DNA from: Promethearchaeota archaeon
Lineage (GTDB): Archaea; Asgardarchaeota; Lokiarchaeia; Sigyniarchaeales; SOKP01
Length of the DNA stretch: 64,000 bases
Assembly: GCA_048941285.1 (NCBI GenBank)
Contig: JBHLNS010000008.1
Span: 30,009 to 94,008 of the forward strand
Direction of reading: 5' to 3'
The notes under the pieces are model-generated. The model saw only the letters and a list, made by a program, of their open reading frames with translations. It did not search any database and was not told the DNA's origin. Shown piece by piece: positions 1 to 9,555 of the stretch. How positions within the stretch are numbered: position 1 is the stretch's first letter; each line of letters begins with the position of its first letter. A program made the position numbers and the translations under genes.

Positions 1-13
1 AGTTAAATTAATA

Positions 14-1468
14 TCACGACTTTTCCAAATGGAATATACCTGAAATAATTGATAAAATAGCTCCTACTAATAGGAGTAATCCCATTACAAAACTATTGGC
101 ATTACCAAAGTCAATAAAATTATAAAACACACCTAATGACCAAATTATAAAAAACACACCAATTCCTATCAAAATACCTCCAAAAAATTTAGAAGCTCGA
201 TAAATTGCGGAGAGAATTTCTAATCTATGTATTCTACTCTCTTTATCTCTAATTTCTTTTTCTTGACTCTCTAATTCTAGTTTAAGTTTTTGTAAAATTG
301 CTCTCGAGTCATTAGTACTTGATTCAATTGATTCTTTAGCTTTACTTAATCTCTCATGTTCTGTTTCCATATGCTTTAATTTTTCAGTCAATGCTTCTAA
401 TCTTTCTTCTCGTTCAATATACTCAGTGTTTGAAGTTTCAATATCTTTTTTCAAATCTACAATTCTTTTTTCATTAGCTTCAATTAGGTTTTCCTTAGAA
501 ATAATTTGTTCAATCAAATTGTTTGCTGTATCATTTAATTCTTGTATCCTAGATTCAATTTCAATTAATTTTTGCTGTTTATCAGTTAACTGTACTTTAT
601 ATTTAGCTAGAAGTTCTTCATATGTACCTCTTTGTTTTTCCATTTCGGGAAAACCTTCTTTATATTCTTCAAGTCTTAGTTCGATCTCTTTAATCCTACT
701 CTCTTTTTTTTCAATCTGTTCGGTTAAAAGGTTCTTTTCCTCTTCCTTTGCTTCGATTTCTGAATTTGAATGTTCTAATTCAATTTTATTCTTACTAATT
801 GAGATTTTTAAAGTATCATTTTCAGCGCGTTGACTTTTCAATTTTTTCTCAAATGCTTCAGCTTCTTCTCTTTGTTTGATAAGGAGATCTTCGTTTGATT
901 GGATCTCTTGATTCAATTTCGAAATTTTATTACGAAGTTCTTCTTGAGTAGTAATTTTCTCTTTTATTGAGTCAGTAAGAACTATTAAATCCACTTGCCT
1001 TGTTTCATATGTTTTTACCAATTGTTCATTGTTTTTCAAGAGTTCCATATATTCTTGTTCGAGATTGTCTTTACTTTCTGAGGTAATTTTTAATCTCTCT
1101 TCTAGATTTCCCATTTCTTCATTTTTACGATTATATTTATCCTCAAGCTGTTTAATGGTTTCTTCAATCGCACCAAGATATTCTTCTTTGTCATCAATCT
1201 TTTTTTGAATAGTATCTAGATTTTTTTGAGCTTCTTTTATTTCGTCACTTATCTCTTCAAGAGGTTTCTTCTCACTCTCTTTTTTTTCAGCAGCTTCTCC
1301 GTTTGTTATAGTTTCTGATATGTCTTCAATGCTATCTTCAAATTTTCTTAATTTTTTATCAATCATATCTCTCGAGTTTTTAGCTTTCGATAAATATTCC
1401 TTATCTACTCTATCAACTTCCCTTTCCGATTTACTTTCCTTCTCTTCTCCTTTGAACTCGTCAGTCAT
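14..1468 (-). CDS. Long coiled-coil protein with C-terminal membrane hairpin anchor
   Basis: 484-aa ORF. About 420 aa are uninterrupted E/K/L/I/Q-rich heptad-like sequence (e.g. LEERLKITSESKDNLEQEYMELLKNNEQL). Two hydrophobic helices follow at the C-terminus (FFGGILIGIGVFFIIWSLGVFY and MGLLLLVGAILSIISGIF). No enzymatic motif recognised. Confidence 0.65.
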   Translation of the reverse strand: MTDEFKGEEKESKSEREVDRVDKEYLSKAKNSRDMIDKKLRKFEDSIEDISETITNGEAAEKKESEKKPLEEISDEIKEAQKNLDTIQKKIDDKEEYLGAIEETIKQLEDKYNRKNEEMGNLEERLKITSESKDNLEQEYMELLKNNEQLVKTYETRQVDLIVLTDSIKEKITTQEELRNKISKLNQEIQSNEDLLIKQREEAEAFEKKLKSQRAENDTLKISISKNKIELEHSNSEIEAKEEEKNLLTEQIEKKESRIKEIELRLEEYKEGFPEMEKQRGTYEELLAKYKVQLTDKQQKLIEIESRIQELNDTANNLIEQIISKENLIEANEKRIVDLKKDIETSNTEYIEREERLEALTEKLKHMETEHERLSKAKESIESSTNDSRAILQKLKLELESQEKEIRDKESRIHRLEILSAIYRASKFFGGILIGIGVFFIIWSLGVFYNFIDFGNANSFVMGLLLLVGAILSIISGIFHLEKS

Positions 1469-1893
1469 TTTATGAATATTGGATTATAATAATTTATGTT
1501 TCATATAGAATAAGAAAACGAATATTTAATTAATTTCTGCAAAAATAAAATTTTTGTTTAAACAAGTGTCGATTTAAATAATAATTTAAATAACCAATCA
1601 TGAAATCATACACTTCTTAAAACTACCTTATGAAATATTAAAATTATAGATATTTAAATTTTGATTTTTCTTTTTTTTTGTTTTGATTTAAGGATAAAAT
1701 TAATGAATAAATTTATATACGATCATGGGTTAGATGATAATTTTGATATTCCTAATAAATATAATGATTAACTTTAGGTTATTTTTTTATTTTAACCAGA
1801 TTAAAAGATGTAATGTGGTATTTATCTAAGAGTAGCTTTTAAAATATAAGTGATTTCTGTCTTGAATTGTTTTAAAACTGCTAATTGAAGAAA

Positions 1894-2868
1894 TTATGAT
1901 TTATTTTTTCTCATAAATAATAACACCTCATCATATGAAGTATTAGGCATAGGCCCAAAAGATGCAACTTTTAAAGCACCAATTGCATTTGCAAACGTGG
2001 CAATATCTTTAAGTGCCCAACCCGCTAAATATCCTATAATAAATGCACCTCCAAAGCAATCTCCTGCGCCTGTAGGGTCTTTTTCCACAGCTTTAAAACC
2101 TTTTACCTTTAAACCTTCAAATTTCTCTGAACTAAAAACTGTACATCCCTCACTTCCTTGTTTTAATACCACAATTTTTGGCCCCATCTCAAGTAATTTT
2201 TGGCATGATTCCTTAGATCCCTTCATACCTGCTAAATTTTCAGCTTCTTCTCCACTTGGTAGTAAAATTTCCGTTTTTTCTAAAATAGGTTTACTGATCT
2301 TTAAAATCGTTTTTAAATCTAGCATTTCAGCCCTAAGATTAGGATCAAATGATACTATTACATTTGGATTATTTTCTTTTGCTATTTTTATTGCTTTATA
2401 ACATGCATCTCGTGATTTATCACTAATAGAAAGAGCACTACCCATTATATGGAGGTTCTTTATATTCTTAAAATATTCTTTTTTTATATCCGATACTGAT
2501 GTTTCTCCAGCAGCTCCTTGCGAGAAAATAAATTTACGAGAACCATCTGAATTATATTGGTTAAAAGCGATTCCTGTAGTTAGATCATTGGTAATTCTGA
2601 TTTGAGAAGTATCCACATTGTCATAATATAATTTTTTCATAATACAATGTCCAAACTCATCATTTCCTATAACCCCAATAAATCCAGTAGATAAATTAAA
2701 TGGTTTTCCCATTCTAGCTGCAGTGTCAATAAATATTGCAGGTGCTCCACTTGGGAAAGGGCCTCTATAAATTTCTCCAATCTCCCCATGTTGGGCATCT
2801 TTTTTCTCTCGCATTATTTCTACTAACAATTCTCCAAGTGAAATAATATCAGGATATTTCGTCATCAT
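1894..2868 (-). CDS. PfkB-family carbohydrate kinase (ribokinase/fructokinase/KDG-kinase-like)
   Basis: 324 aa. N-terminal glycine-rich region and C-terminal PfkB signature DPTGAGDCFGGAFIIGYLAG. Overall length and layout are typical of ribokinase-like sugar kinases. Confidence 0.85.
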   Translation of the reverse strand: MMTKYPDIISLGELLVEIMREKKDAQHGEIGEIYRGPFPSGAPAIFIDTAARMGKPFNLSTGFIGVIGNDEFGHCIMKKLYYDNVDTSQIRITNDLTTGIAFNQYNSDGSRKFIFSQGAAGETSVSDIKKEYFKNIKNLHIMGSALSISDKSRDACYKAIKIAKENNPNVIVSFDPNLRAEMLDLKTILKISKPILEKTEILLPSGEEAENLAGMKGSKESCQKLLEMGPKIVVLKQGSEGCTVFSSEKFEGLKVKGFKAVEKDPTGAGDCFGGAFIIGYLAGWALKDIATFANAIGALKVASFGPMPNTSYDEVLLFMRKNKS

Positions 2869-2976
2869 AATTTAGTAATCTCTTTTCTAGCAGATTTTTA
2901 TTATAAACTAATTTGGATTTGAAAAAATTAGTTTCTATAAGATTTCGAATATAATATTTCTAAGTTGAAAAAGATG

Positions 2977-3891
2977 TCATTTTATAAATTTCTGTTTAAA
3001 TGATTCGATAGTACTTGATATTTCATTAATGTGAATTTTTAATTCCTTTGGATGAATTTCTTTTAATTTATCTAGATTTTCTATAATTTCCTTCAATTCA
3101 TCTATCCAAAGATTCATAAGAATTTCTTTTTCTTTGTTTTTACAAGCTAATTTTATTTCATCATTTATCCATTCTTTTGCGCTTTCTTTTATCTGTTTTT
3201 TTTGAACATCAAGGGTGATTTTTACTAAATCTTGTTCATTTTTTAAGCTCTCTAACATGAGTTCTAGATTATTCTTAAACTCTGTGTTTTCTTCATTATA
3301 TTTTTTAATTATATCTCGTAGAACTTCTTCTTTAATACCAAACTCTTCCCTGACATGATTAACCTTTGTAGCAAATTCTTCACTCAAATTGTTGATTTTT
3401 CCTATGATTGATTCTATGTGATTTTTAAAATTAGTTATATGTTTATCTAACTTTTGGTCAACCGTCATAAATTTATTTTCTATCTCTAAATTAAGTGTTT
3501 TAAAGTTAGTCTCTAGTTTATTTGAAAGTGATGTGAATTTATCTTTTAATTCACTTTCAAACAAGTTTGTTGAATCCTCGATTATCTTGGTTGTTGAAGT
3601 TTCTTGTTTTTCTAGGTTTTGCTTTTGTTGCGTGAGCTGTTCTTTTGTATATTGTTCTAATTTATTGATTTGGTCACTCGATTTCGCTTCAAGAGCATCA
3701 ACTTTTTCATTTAGACCTTGATCAAGTTTATTCAACCGATTAGATAATTTTTTTTCTAAATTGTTTATTTGTTCATTTGTTTTTTGCTCTGATTTTTTTA
3801 TCTGTTCATTAATTTTGTTATCTAGCTTGCTAAGTAGTTCTTTTAATTTCTGGAATTCCTTTAAAGATATTTCTTCAGATATTTTGTTCAC
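2977..3891 (-). CDS. Coiled-coil protein, function unknown
   Basis: 304 aa, almost entirely K/E/L/N/Q-rich helical heptad-like sequence. It lies 60 nt downstream of the GTPase gene on the same strand. Confidence 0.6.
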   Translation of the reverse strand: MNKISEEISLKEFQKLKELLSKLDNKINEQIKKSEQKTNEQINNLEKKLSNRLNKLDQGLNEKVDALEAKSSDQINKLEQYTKEQLTQQKQNLEKQETSTTKIIEDSTNLFESELKDKFTSLSNKLETNFKTLNLEIENKFMTVDQKLDKHITNFKNHIESIIGKINNLSEEFATKVNHVREEFGIKEEVLRDIIKKYNEENTEFKNNLELMLESLKNEQDLVKITLDVQKKQIKESAKEWINDEIKLACKNKEKEILMNLWIDELKEIIENLDKLKEIHPKELKIHINEISSTIESFKQKFIK

Positions 3892-3950
3892 CTTTTTTCA
3901 TCATTAATTCTTCAATTATATTTATTTTGTTTAATAAACAAAAAATATAC

Positions 3951-4955
3951 TTAATCAAATTGAAATTGTTCCTCTTTTGTTTTTAAGATTATTTTCACCA
4001 ATTCAAATTCTTCTCTTTTTAATTTTTCAATTATTTCAATATTGTTTTCAAAGTCTTTTTTAGCTATAATTAAAAGCTCTCTAAGGTTGTAAATTAAATC
4101 ATTAACTGATTTAGAGTAAGTTCTTTTTAATTTCATTATAGTTTTACTAAGTTCAGATAAATTAATCAAAAATGTATCAATAATATCGAGTTTTTGAATC
4201 GAGTTGTTTTCTAACTCTTTTTTTAGAAAGTCGTAGAATTTCAATTCTTTAGTTTCTTTTTCCTCAATACTAACTTCTTTGATTTTTGGTGATATTTCCT
4301 GCTTTTTTAGTATTACATCTAAATTATTTAAAGTTACTAATTCAGTTTTTAATTGTTTTTCGTTTTTATTGATTGATTTCAAAAATCCTGAAGCTGTATT
4401 ATTCTGAACAATATCAGGATATAAGATTTCTGCTTTTCGTAAAAAAGTATAAACTAATAATTCAAAAGAATCATTAATATTTTTGCCTGTTTTAGCAGAT
4501 ACGAATACTAAATTATCATTCTTAGTTAAAAAATTAGTGAGATTAGTTTTAATCTGTTTGTCATTGGTGACTAGATCCAATTTATTACCGATAAAAAGTC
4601 TTAAAACATCCTCAGAATGATAATTTACATTTTCTAAGAACTCATCTCTTAGGTGTTTTAAAGTTTCTTTTGGTTTTGTTAAATCGAAAACTAAAAGCAC
4701 GATATCGATATTTTTATATAATGCGGGATTAAAGGGATTAAACGACCTTTGACCTCCTATATCCCATATCGAAAGCAAAACTCTTATTATATTTCCATTA
4801 TCTTTCATAACATATTCTTTTTTAGTAGTTTCACTACCAATTGTTGGTAAATATTGATCGGGAAATTGACGCCCCATAAACGCGTTTATAATTGAAGTTT
4901 TCCCAACATCTCCTTCTCCGAGAACAACCAGTTTTAAATTTATAGTATTATCCAA
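3951..4955 (-). CDS. Rab/Ras-like small GTPase with ~160-aa C-terminal helical/coiled-coil extension
   Basis: G1 GEGDVGKTS, G2-region PTIG, G3 WDIGGQ, G4 GNKLDL, G5 SAKTGKNI. After about aa 175 comes a long K/E/L/I-rich helical tail. There is no C-terminal Cys lipidation motif (ends EEQFQFD). Confidence 0.85.
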   Translation of the reverse strand: MDNTINLKLVVLGEGDVGKTSIINAFMGRQFPDQYLPTIGSETTKKEYVMKDNGNIIRVLLSIWDIGGQRSFNPFNPALYKNIDIVLLVFDLTKPKETLKHLRDEFLENVNYHSEDVLRLFIGNKLDLVTNDKQIKTNLTNFLTKNDNLVFVSAKTGKNINDSFELLVYTFLRKAEILYPDIVQNNTASGFLKSINKNEKQLKTELVTLNNLDVILKKQEISPKIKEVSIEEKETKELKFYDFLKKELENNSIQKLDIIDTFLINLSELSKTIMKLKRTYSKSVNDLIYNLRELLIIAKKDFENNIEIIEKLKREEFELVKIILKTKEEQFQFD

Positions 4956-5276
4956 CTTATTAACAGCCTAGAAAATGTTAGTAAGATTCTTGTTTTGTAA
5001 ATTTTCCGGCGCGAAGAACCTTTATGAAGAATAATTTAATTTATTAAAACAAAAACGAAACTTATATTTAAATATATTTAGAACTATTGTTCCAAAAACC
5101 CCAAAAATACAATTTAAATCTAAAATTAAACAAACTTTCATTTATAAAAAAAAGCACCTGCTATCCAATTAATTTCTTTTAAATATCTAAAAACTTTATA
5201 TTACTATTTGATTTTTCACTATCATTATTATTATGTTATGATAATTATTAAAAATAGTTGAAATTGGTATAAGAAC

Positions 5277-6314
5277 ATGGGATTAAGAACAAATATAACA
5301 GAAATGTTTGGAATTAAGCATCCAATAATTGCAGCTCCTATGGGACCATTTTATACAAAAGAATTGACGGTAGCTGTTTCTGAAGCAGGAGGATTAGGTG
5401 TATTAAGCCATACTAACCTATTTGGGAAAAGTAGCTTAGAAGAAATGAAATCTGATATGGAATATGTAGTTGAACATACAGATAAACCTTTTGGATTTAA
5501 TATTAGAACTTCTAGATTACAACTAGATGCGCCGGGACTTTGTCGAGGGATTTCAAGGTTCATTATGGAGAATCCTAAAATAAAAGAACAATGTCTTTAT
5601 GCCGTAACTAGTGCAGGTTCTCCAAGAACATTACCAAAAGCAAAAACCTATCAGAAATTGAAAGAAAGTGGATCCAATATTAAGCACTTTCATGTTGCAC
5701 CAGCCTTATGGCTTGCTGACAAATGTGTGGAATCCGGTGTTGATGGAATGGTTATTACTGGATGGGAAGGTGGAGGGCATCAAAGTTATGAAAAAATTAG
5801 TTCCTTAGTTCTATTGCAGCAAGTCACAAGAAAACATCCAAATACTCCAATAATAGCATGTGGAGGATTTTCTAGTGGAGAAGGATTAGCATCAGCCCTA
5901 GCTATGGGCGCAGGAGCTATAGCGATGGGTTCAAGATTTATTGCTTCAAAAGAAAGTGAATTCCATGAAAAGTATAAAAATATTATCCCTCCATCAAAAG
6001 CCGATGATACCTTATGGGTTACTGGTGTTCTTGGGCCAATTCGCCTTTGGAAAAATAATTACTCTTTACATCATGGAGTTGTGAAAAGCAAAGAGGAAAA
6101 AATGGCTCAAGAAGCACAGATAACACCAGAAATGGCTATGGAAGATCAAAAACATTATGAAATGACCTATAAAGGTAATATTGAAGATGGAGCTGTTTTA
6201 TTAGGCCAGAGTATTGGCTTAATTAATTCTGTAGATAGTGTTCAAGACATTATAGCATCTATTGTTAGGGATGCTGAAAAAAGATTAAAAGAGGCAAATA
6301 GCTGTATTGTATAA
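5277..6314 (+). CDS. Nitronate monooxygenase / FabK-like FMN-dependent oxidoreductase (NMO family)
   Basis: The N-terminus FGIKHPIIAAPMG and the later GWEGGGH, GGFSSGEG and GAIAMGSRF segments match the TIM-barrel NMO/2-nitropropane dioxygenase pattern. Confidence 0.8.
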   Translation: MGLRTNITEMFGIKHPIIAAPMGPFYTKELTVAVSEAGGLGVLSHTNLFGKSSLEEMKSDMEYVVEHTDKPFGFNIRTSRLQLDAPGLCRGISRFIMENPKIKEQCLYAVTSAGSPRTLPKAKTYQKLKESGSNIKHFHVAPALWLADKCVESGVDGMVITGWEGGGHQSYEKISSLVLLQQVTRKHPNTPIIACGGFSSGEGLASALAMGAGAIAMGSRFIASKESEFHEKYKNIIPPSKADDTLWVTGVLGPIRLWKNNYSLHHGVVKSKEEKMAQEAQITPEMAMEDQKHYEMTYKGNIEDGAVLLGQSIGLINSVDSVQDIIASIVRDAEKRLKEANSCIV

Positions 6315-6516
6315 TTATATGCAATACTTATATTATTTTTTATCTTAATTTATTATATTTTAACTAAATCATCTTATCTAAAAATAAATTCAAAGATAGA
6401 ATTACAATTAATGCATAAATATGATGATAGCTAAAAGTACATAAATTATAATTTTATAAATTATAATTATAGATTGATCTTGTTTAGTTATCTAAGTAAA
6501 GTTCCTTACATTAAAT

Positions 6517-6765
6517 ATGGAGTTGTTTGTTATGGGTGAGTATGATGATGAGGATTATGTTTATTGTGAAAATTGCGAGAAAGAAATACTCCAAGATAAC
6601 GCAATTTATGTAGGAGGGAAACCTTATTGTAAAAACTGTTATCGTGATGCTGAGGAATATGAGACAATTGATGTATATAATGATGAGGAAGATGATAATG
6701 AGGAAGATGATGATGATGATGATGATGACGATGAAGATGATGATGACGAGGACGATTATGATTAA
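6517..6765 (+). CDS. Small zinc-ribbon protein with poly-Asp/Glu tail
   Basis: 82 aa. CENC-x19-CKNC four-cysteine ribbon followed by DEEDDNEEDDDDDDDDDEDDDDEDDYD. Confidence 0.6.
   Translation: MELFVMGEYDDEDYVYCENCEKEILQDNAIYVGGKPYCKNCYRDAEEYETIDVYNDEEDDNEEDDDDDDDDDEDDDDEDDYD
6682..6762 (+). repeat. Coding trinucleotide (GAT/GAA/GAG/GAC) repeat tract, including 7 perfect GAT units at 6706-6726
   Basis: Read directly from the sequence: gatgaggaagatgataatgaggaagat(gat)x7 gacgatgaagatgatgatgacgaggacgattatgat. It encodes the acidic tail of the 6517-6765 ORF. Confidence 0.9.
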
Positions 6766-6834
6766 AGTCGTACGTGTCTAAAACTTCGAAGCCTGATTAT
6801 CGAATTTAATAATTACCAAACAATCTATTTAAAG

Positions 6835-7320
6835 ATGGTAAAAATGTCAAGCAGCAGACAAGAAATTAGTCCATATAATTATATTAAGTATTTTAAGAGA
6901 CATACTGCATTATTAGTTTCTATGGATAAAAATGGAAAACTCAACGTTATGGCTTTAGATTGGAAGAATATTGAAGAGCTAGATGGCAGCCCTGTCATTA
7001 GAGTACAGGTGGCCTATAGTAGATATACTTATAAATTACTTACTGAAGGAGTAAATGAATTTACAGTAAATATACCTTCAGAAAAAATATATGACGCTAT
7101 AGATATTGCTGGTAGTTATTCTGGAAGAAATTTTGATAAATTTAAAGAAATTCACTTAGAAACTATTCCAGGAAAACGAACTCAAGTACCTACTATAAAA
7201 GATTGTTTATTAAACTATGAGTGTCAAATTGTTCATTCAAGTGAATCAAATTTAAGTAGTCATCACTATTTTTATGGAAAGATCTTAACCGCTTATGCCT
7301 TAAATGACATTTTCAAATAA
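6835..7320 (+). CDS. Flavin reductase-like FMN-binding split-barrel protein
   Basis: 161 aa. The pattern ALLVSMDKNGKLNVMALDW ... EFTVNIPS ... GSYSGRNFDKF ... NYECQIV ... HHYFYGKI is colinear with flavin-reductase-like domain proteins. Confidence 0.7.
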   Translation: MVKMSSSRQEISPYNYIKYFKRHTALLVSMDKNGKLNVMALDWKNIEELDGSPVIRVQVAYSRYTYKLLTEGVNEFTVNIPSEKIYDAIDIAGSYSGRNFDKFKEIHLETIPGKRTQVPTIKDCLLNYECQIVHSSESNLSSHHYFYGKILTAYALNDIFK

Positions 7321-7372
7321 TATTTTGTGTATATTAAGGTAGACTTCAAATAATTTTAGGATTAAATTCATT

Positions 7373-8806
7373 ATGAGGGAGCCAATAGCATTAACTTGTA
7401 TAAATTGTAAGAAAACATTTGAATTTACGTTTATTAATAATATATGTCCTGAATGTAGGGGTATGTTATGGGTTGAATCTAATTTAGATAAAATTAGAGA
7501 AAATTTTACTAAAGTTAAAACAGACTACAGATTTTGGGATTATAAGTTTACTTTTCCTCCCATTGAAAACGATTTTATTATTTCATTAGGGGAAGGTGGA
7601 ACTCCCTGCAGAAGTTCAAAGCAATTTGGTAAAAAATTGGGATATAAAAATCTATATTTTAAAGATGAAACTCAAAATCCAACTAATTCTTTTAAAGATC
7701 GTGTAGCAGCATTATTAATTTCGCATGCACGGAGCTGGGGTTATGAAAAAGTAGTTTGCGCTTCTAATGGAAACCAAGGCGCTTCAATTGCTGCATATTG
7801 TTCTCTTGAGGGAATTGAATGTATGAACATTATACCTAGAGAAATTGATGCAGGTAAAAAGGCTCAAATGATCGCATATAATTCAGATTTAAAAATAGAA
7901 GGAGAAACTGTTGATGATGCTATTGATTATGTTATAAAGAATAAAAATTTTGAAAATTATTATCAATGCACTCCAGAATTAAATCCACTTACACTTGAAG
8001 CCCAAAAAACGATAGCTTATGAAATTATTAACCAGATTGATAACCCAAATTGGATTATAGTTCCAATGGGAAGTGGGGAGCTATTGGTAAGCATGTGGAA
8101 AGGATTTAATGAACTTAAACAAATAAAAATTATTGAAGAAATACCTAAATTAATAGGTGTTCAATCTGAATCCTCATCACCAATAGTAAATGAATATTTT
8201 AGCAAAGATACATCAAAAGCTAAAAAAAAGAATACTCACAAATCAATAGCATTAGGGATATTGGTTAAAAATCCAATATATAAAGATTTAGCTATAAAAT
8301 GTATAAGAGACACTGATGGAACTGTAATTGCAGTTCCCGAAGATCTAATATTAAACTCAATTGAAGAACTTATAAGGAGTGAAGGGATATTTGCAGAACC
8401 ATCATCAGCTCTAACTTTAGCTGCTTTACAATTACTTGATCAAAAATCCTTATTTAAATCTAAAGATAATATCATCTGTCTTATTACTGGAAGCGGATTA
8501 AAAGCACCATATATATTAGAAGCAATTTCATCCCAAACTAAGACAACAGGAAAAGGATCTATAATTATTACAAAACTAAAAATTTTATCTCAAATATCTC
8601 TTTCAAGTATTAAAGGTATAACTGGGACAGATATTAAGGAAATCATGGAGAATATAAGTTTAGCCGCTATTTATCAGCATCTTAAGGAATTGGAAATAAA
8701 GGGCTTAATCACAAGAAAAAAAGAAGGTAAAAATGTGTTATATTTTATATCTGATTCTGGAAAAAAAGTCTTAGATGCTCTAGATGTTTTAATTACCTTG
8801 CTTTAA
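7373..8806 (+). CDS. thrC: Threonine synthase with N-terminal zinc ribbon and C-terminal winged-helix (ArsR-like) domain
   Basis: CINC-x14-CPEC ribbon. PLP-lysine motif FKDETQNPTNSFKDR. Also NGNQGAS and GSGLKAP. The last ~80 aa (ITGTDIKEIMENISLAAIYQHLKELEIKGLITRKKEGKNVLYFISDSGKKVL) read as a wHTH. Confidence 0.85.
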   Translation: MREPIALTCINCKKTFEFTFINNICPECRGMLWVESNLDKIRENFTKVKTDYRFWDYKFTFPPIENDFIISLGEGGTPCRSSKQFGKKLGYKNLYFKDETQNPTNSFKDRVAALLISHARSWGYEKVVCASNGNQGASIAAYCSLEGIECMNIIPREIDAGKKAQMIAYNSDLKIEGETVDDAIDYVIKNKNFENYYQCTPELNPLTLEAQKTIAYEIINQIDNPNWIIVPMGSGELLVSMWKGFNELKQIKIIEEIPKLIGVQSESSSPIVNEYFSKDTSKAKKKNTHKSIALGILVKNPIYKDLAIKCIRDTDGTVIAVPEDLILNSIEELIRSEGIFAEPSSALTLAALQLLDQKSLFKSKDNIICLITGSGLKAPYILEAISSQTKTTGKGSIIITKLKILSQISLSSIKGITGTDIKEIMENISLAAIYQHLKELEIKGLITRKKEGKNVLYFISDSGKKVLDALDVLITLL

Positions 8807-9441
8807 TATTTTTCCTCTACATCCTTCCCTGTTTCCGTATAAATAAATATTTTATCAAAAACTTGAGGTAAATTAACTATAATATTTTTTCGAGCAAAAA
8901 TTGCGAACAAGATTGCTGCAGCCACTCCAAAACCGAATTGAATTGCACTATTAAAGAAAAATTCGAATATTGCCGCTGGAAATCCATATATGATAATCTC
9001 TGTTATAAGGTACCCGAAAATCATTATTAATCCTCCTAATATTACTGCAATTATGTCTCTATAATTAAATTTTAAATAATTTTTTTTTGGATTAGCAATA
9101 AAACCCACAATAAATCCTTCCAATCCTTTTATTATTAATGTAGGAAAAACATATAAAGGCGCTAAAAAAATATCTGTAATAGCAGAACCTAACCCTCCTG
9201 CAATGCCACCAATTATGGGCCCAAACAAAATACCTGAAATCATAACTCCAATATCCCCAAGATTAATATAACCTCCAGTTGCAGGGATCGTCAAAGGCAC
9301 AATGAAGGTTAATAGACACGTTAAAGCTGTAAAAATAGCAATCATTGAAATTAATAATGCATTATTAGGTATAAAATAACCATATAGGCCTCTTTGATTA
9401 AAAGAACTTTTACTTCTTACAATCTTACTTTTTACACCCAT
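8803..9441 (-). CDS. ECF-transporter S-component-like integral membrane protein
   Basis: 212 aa with about 6 hydrophobic helices. The glycine-rich segment GGYINLGDIGVMISGILFGPIIGGIAGGLGSAITD is typical of ECF substrate-capture subunits. Substrate unknown. Confidence 0.6.
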   Translation of the reverse strand: MGVKSKIVRSKSSFNQRGLYGYFIPNNALLISMIAIFTALTCLLTFIVPLTIPATGGYINLGDIGVMISGILFGPIIGGIAGGLGSAITDIFLAPLYVFPTLIIKGLEGFIVGFIANPKKNYLKFNYRDIIAVILGGLIMIFGYLITEIIIYGFPAAIFEFFFNSAIQFGFGVAAAILFAIFARKNIIVNLPQVFDKIFIYTETGKDVEEKY

Positions 9442-9461
9442 CTTTTCTCATTTCATTAATG

Positions 9462-9513
9462 TAAGTCTGAACTTATATATAATCATTTATATAAGTTTAA
9501 ACTTATATATAAA
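9462..9513 (-). promoter_or_regulatory. Tandem direct repeat carrying TATA-like boxes upstream of the ECF S-component gene
   Basis: taagtctgaacttatatataa (9462-) and taagtttaaacttatatataa (9492-) differ at 2 positions and are spaced 30 bp apart. They lie 20-70 nt upstream of the minus-strand start at 9441. On the minus strand they read TTATATATAAGTT. Confidence 0.35.
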
Positions 9514-9555
9514 TATTTCTGAAAAATTTGAAATCTTATTTTATAATAAATTCAG

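Noticed and set aside
1704-1772. 22-codon ORF (MNKFIYDHGLDDNFDIPNKYND) in the 425-bp spacer upstream of the coiled-coil gene
   Set aside because: It is too short, has no motif and has no obvious ribosome-binding context. It is indistinguishable from chance.
6415-6500. Possible C/D-box sRNA: ATGATGA at 6421-6427, and another ATGATGA at 28101-28107
   Set aside because: No CTGA D box or terminal stem lies at an appropriate distance downstream in either case. ATGATGA is expected by chance in this composition.
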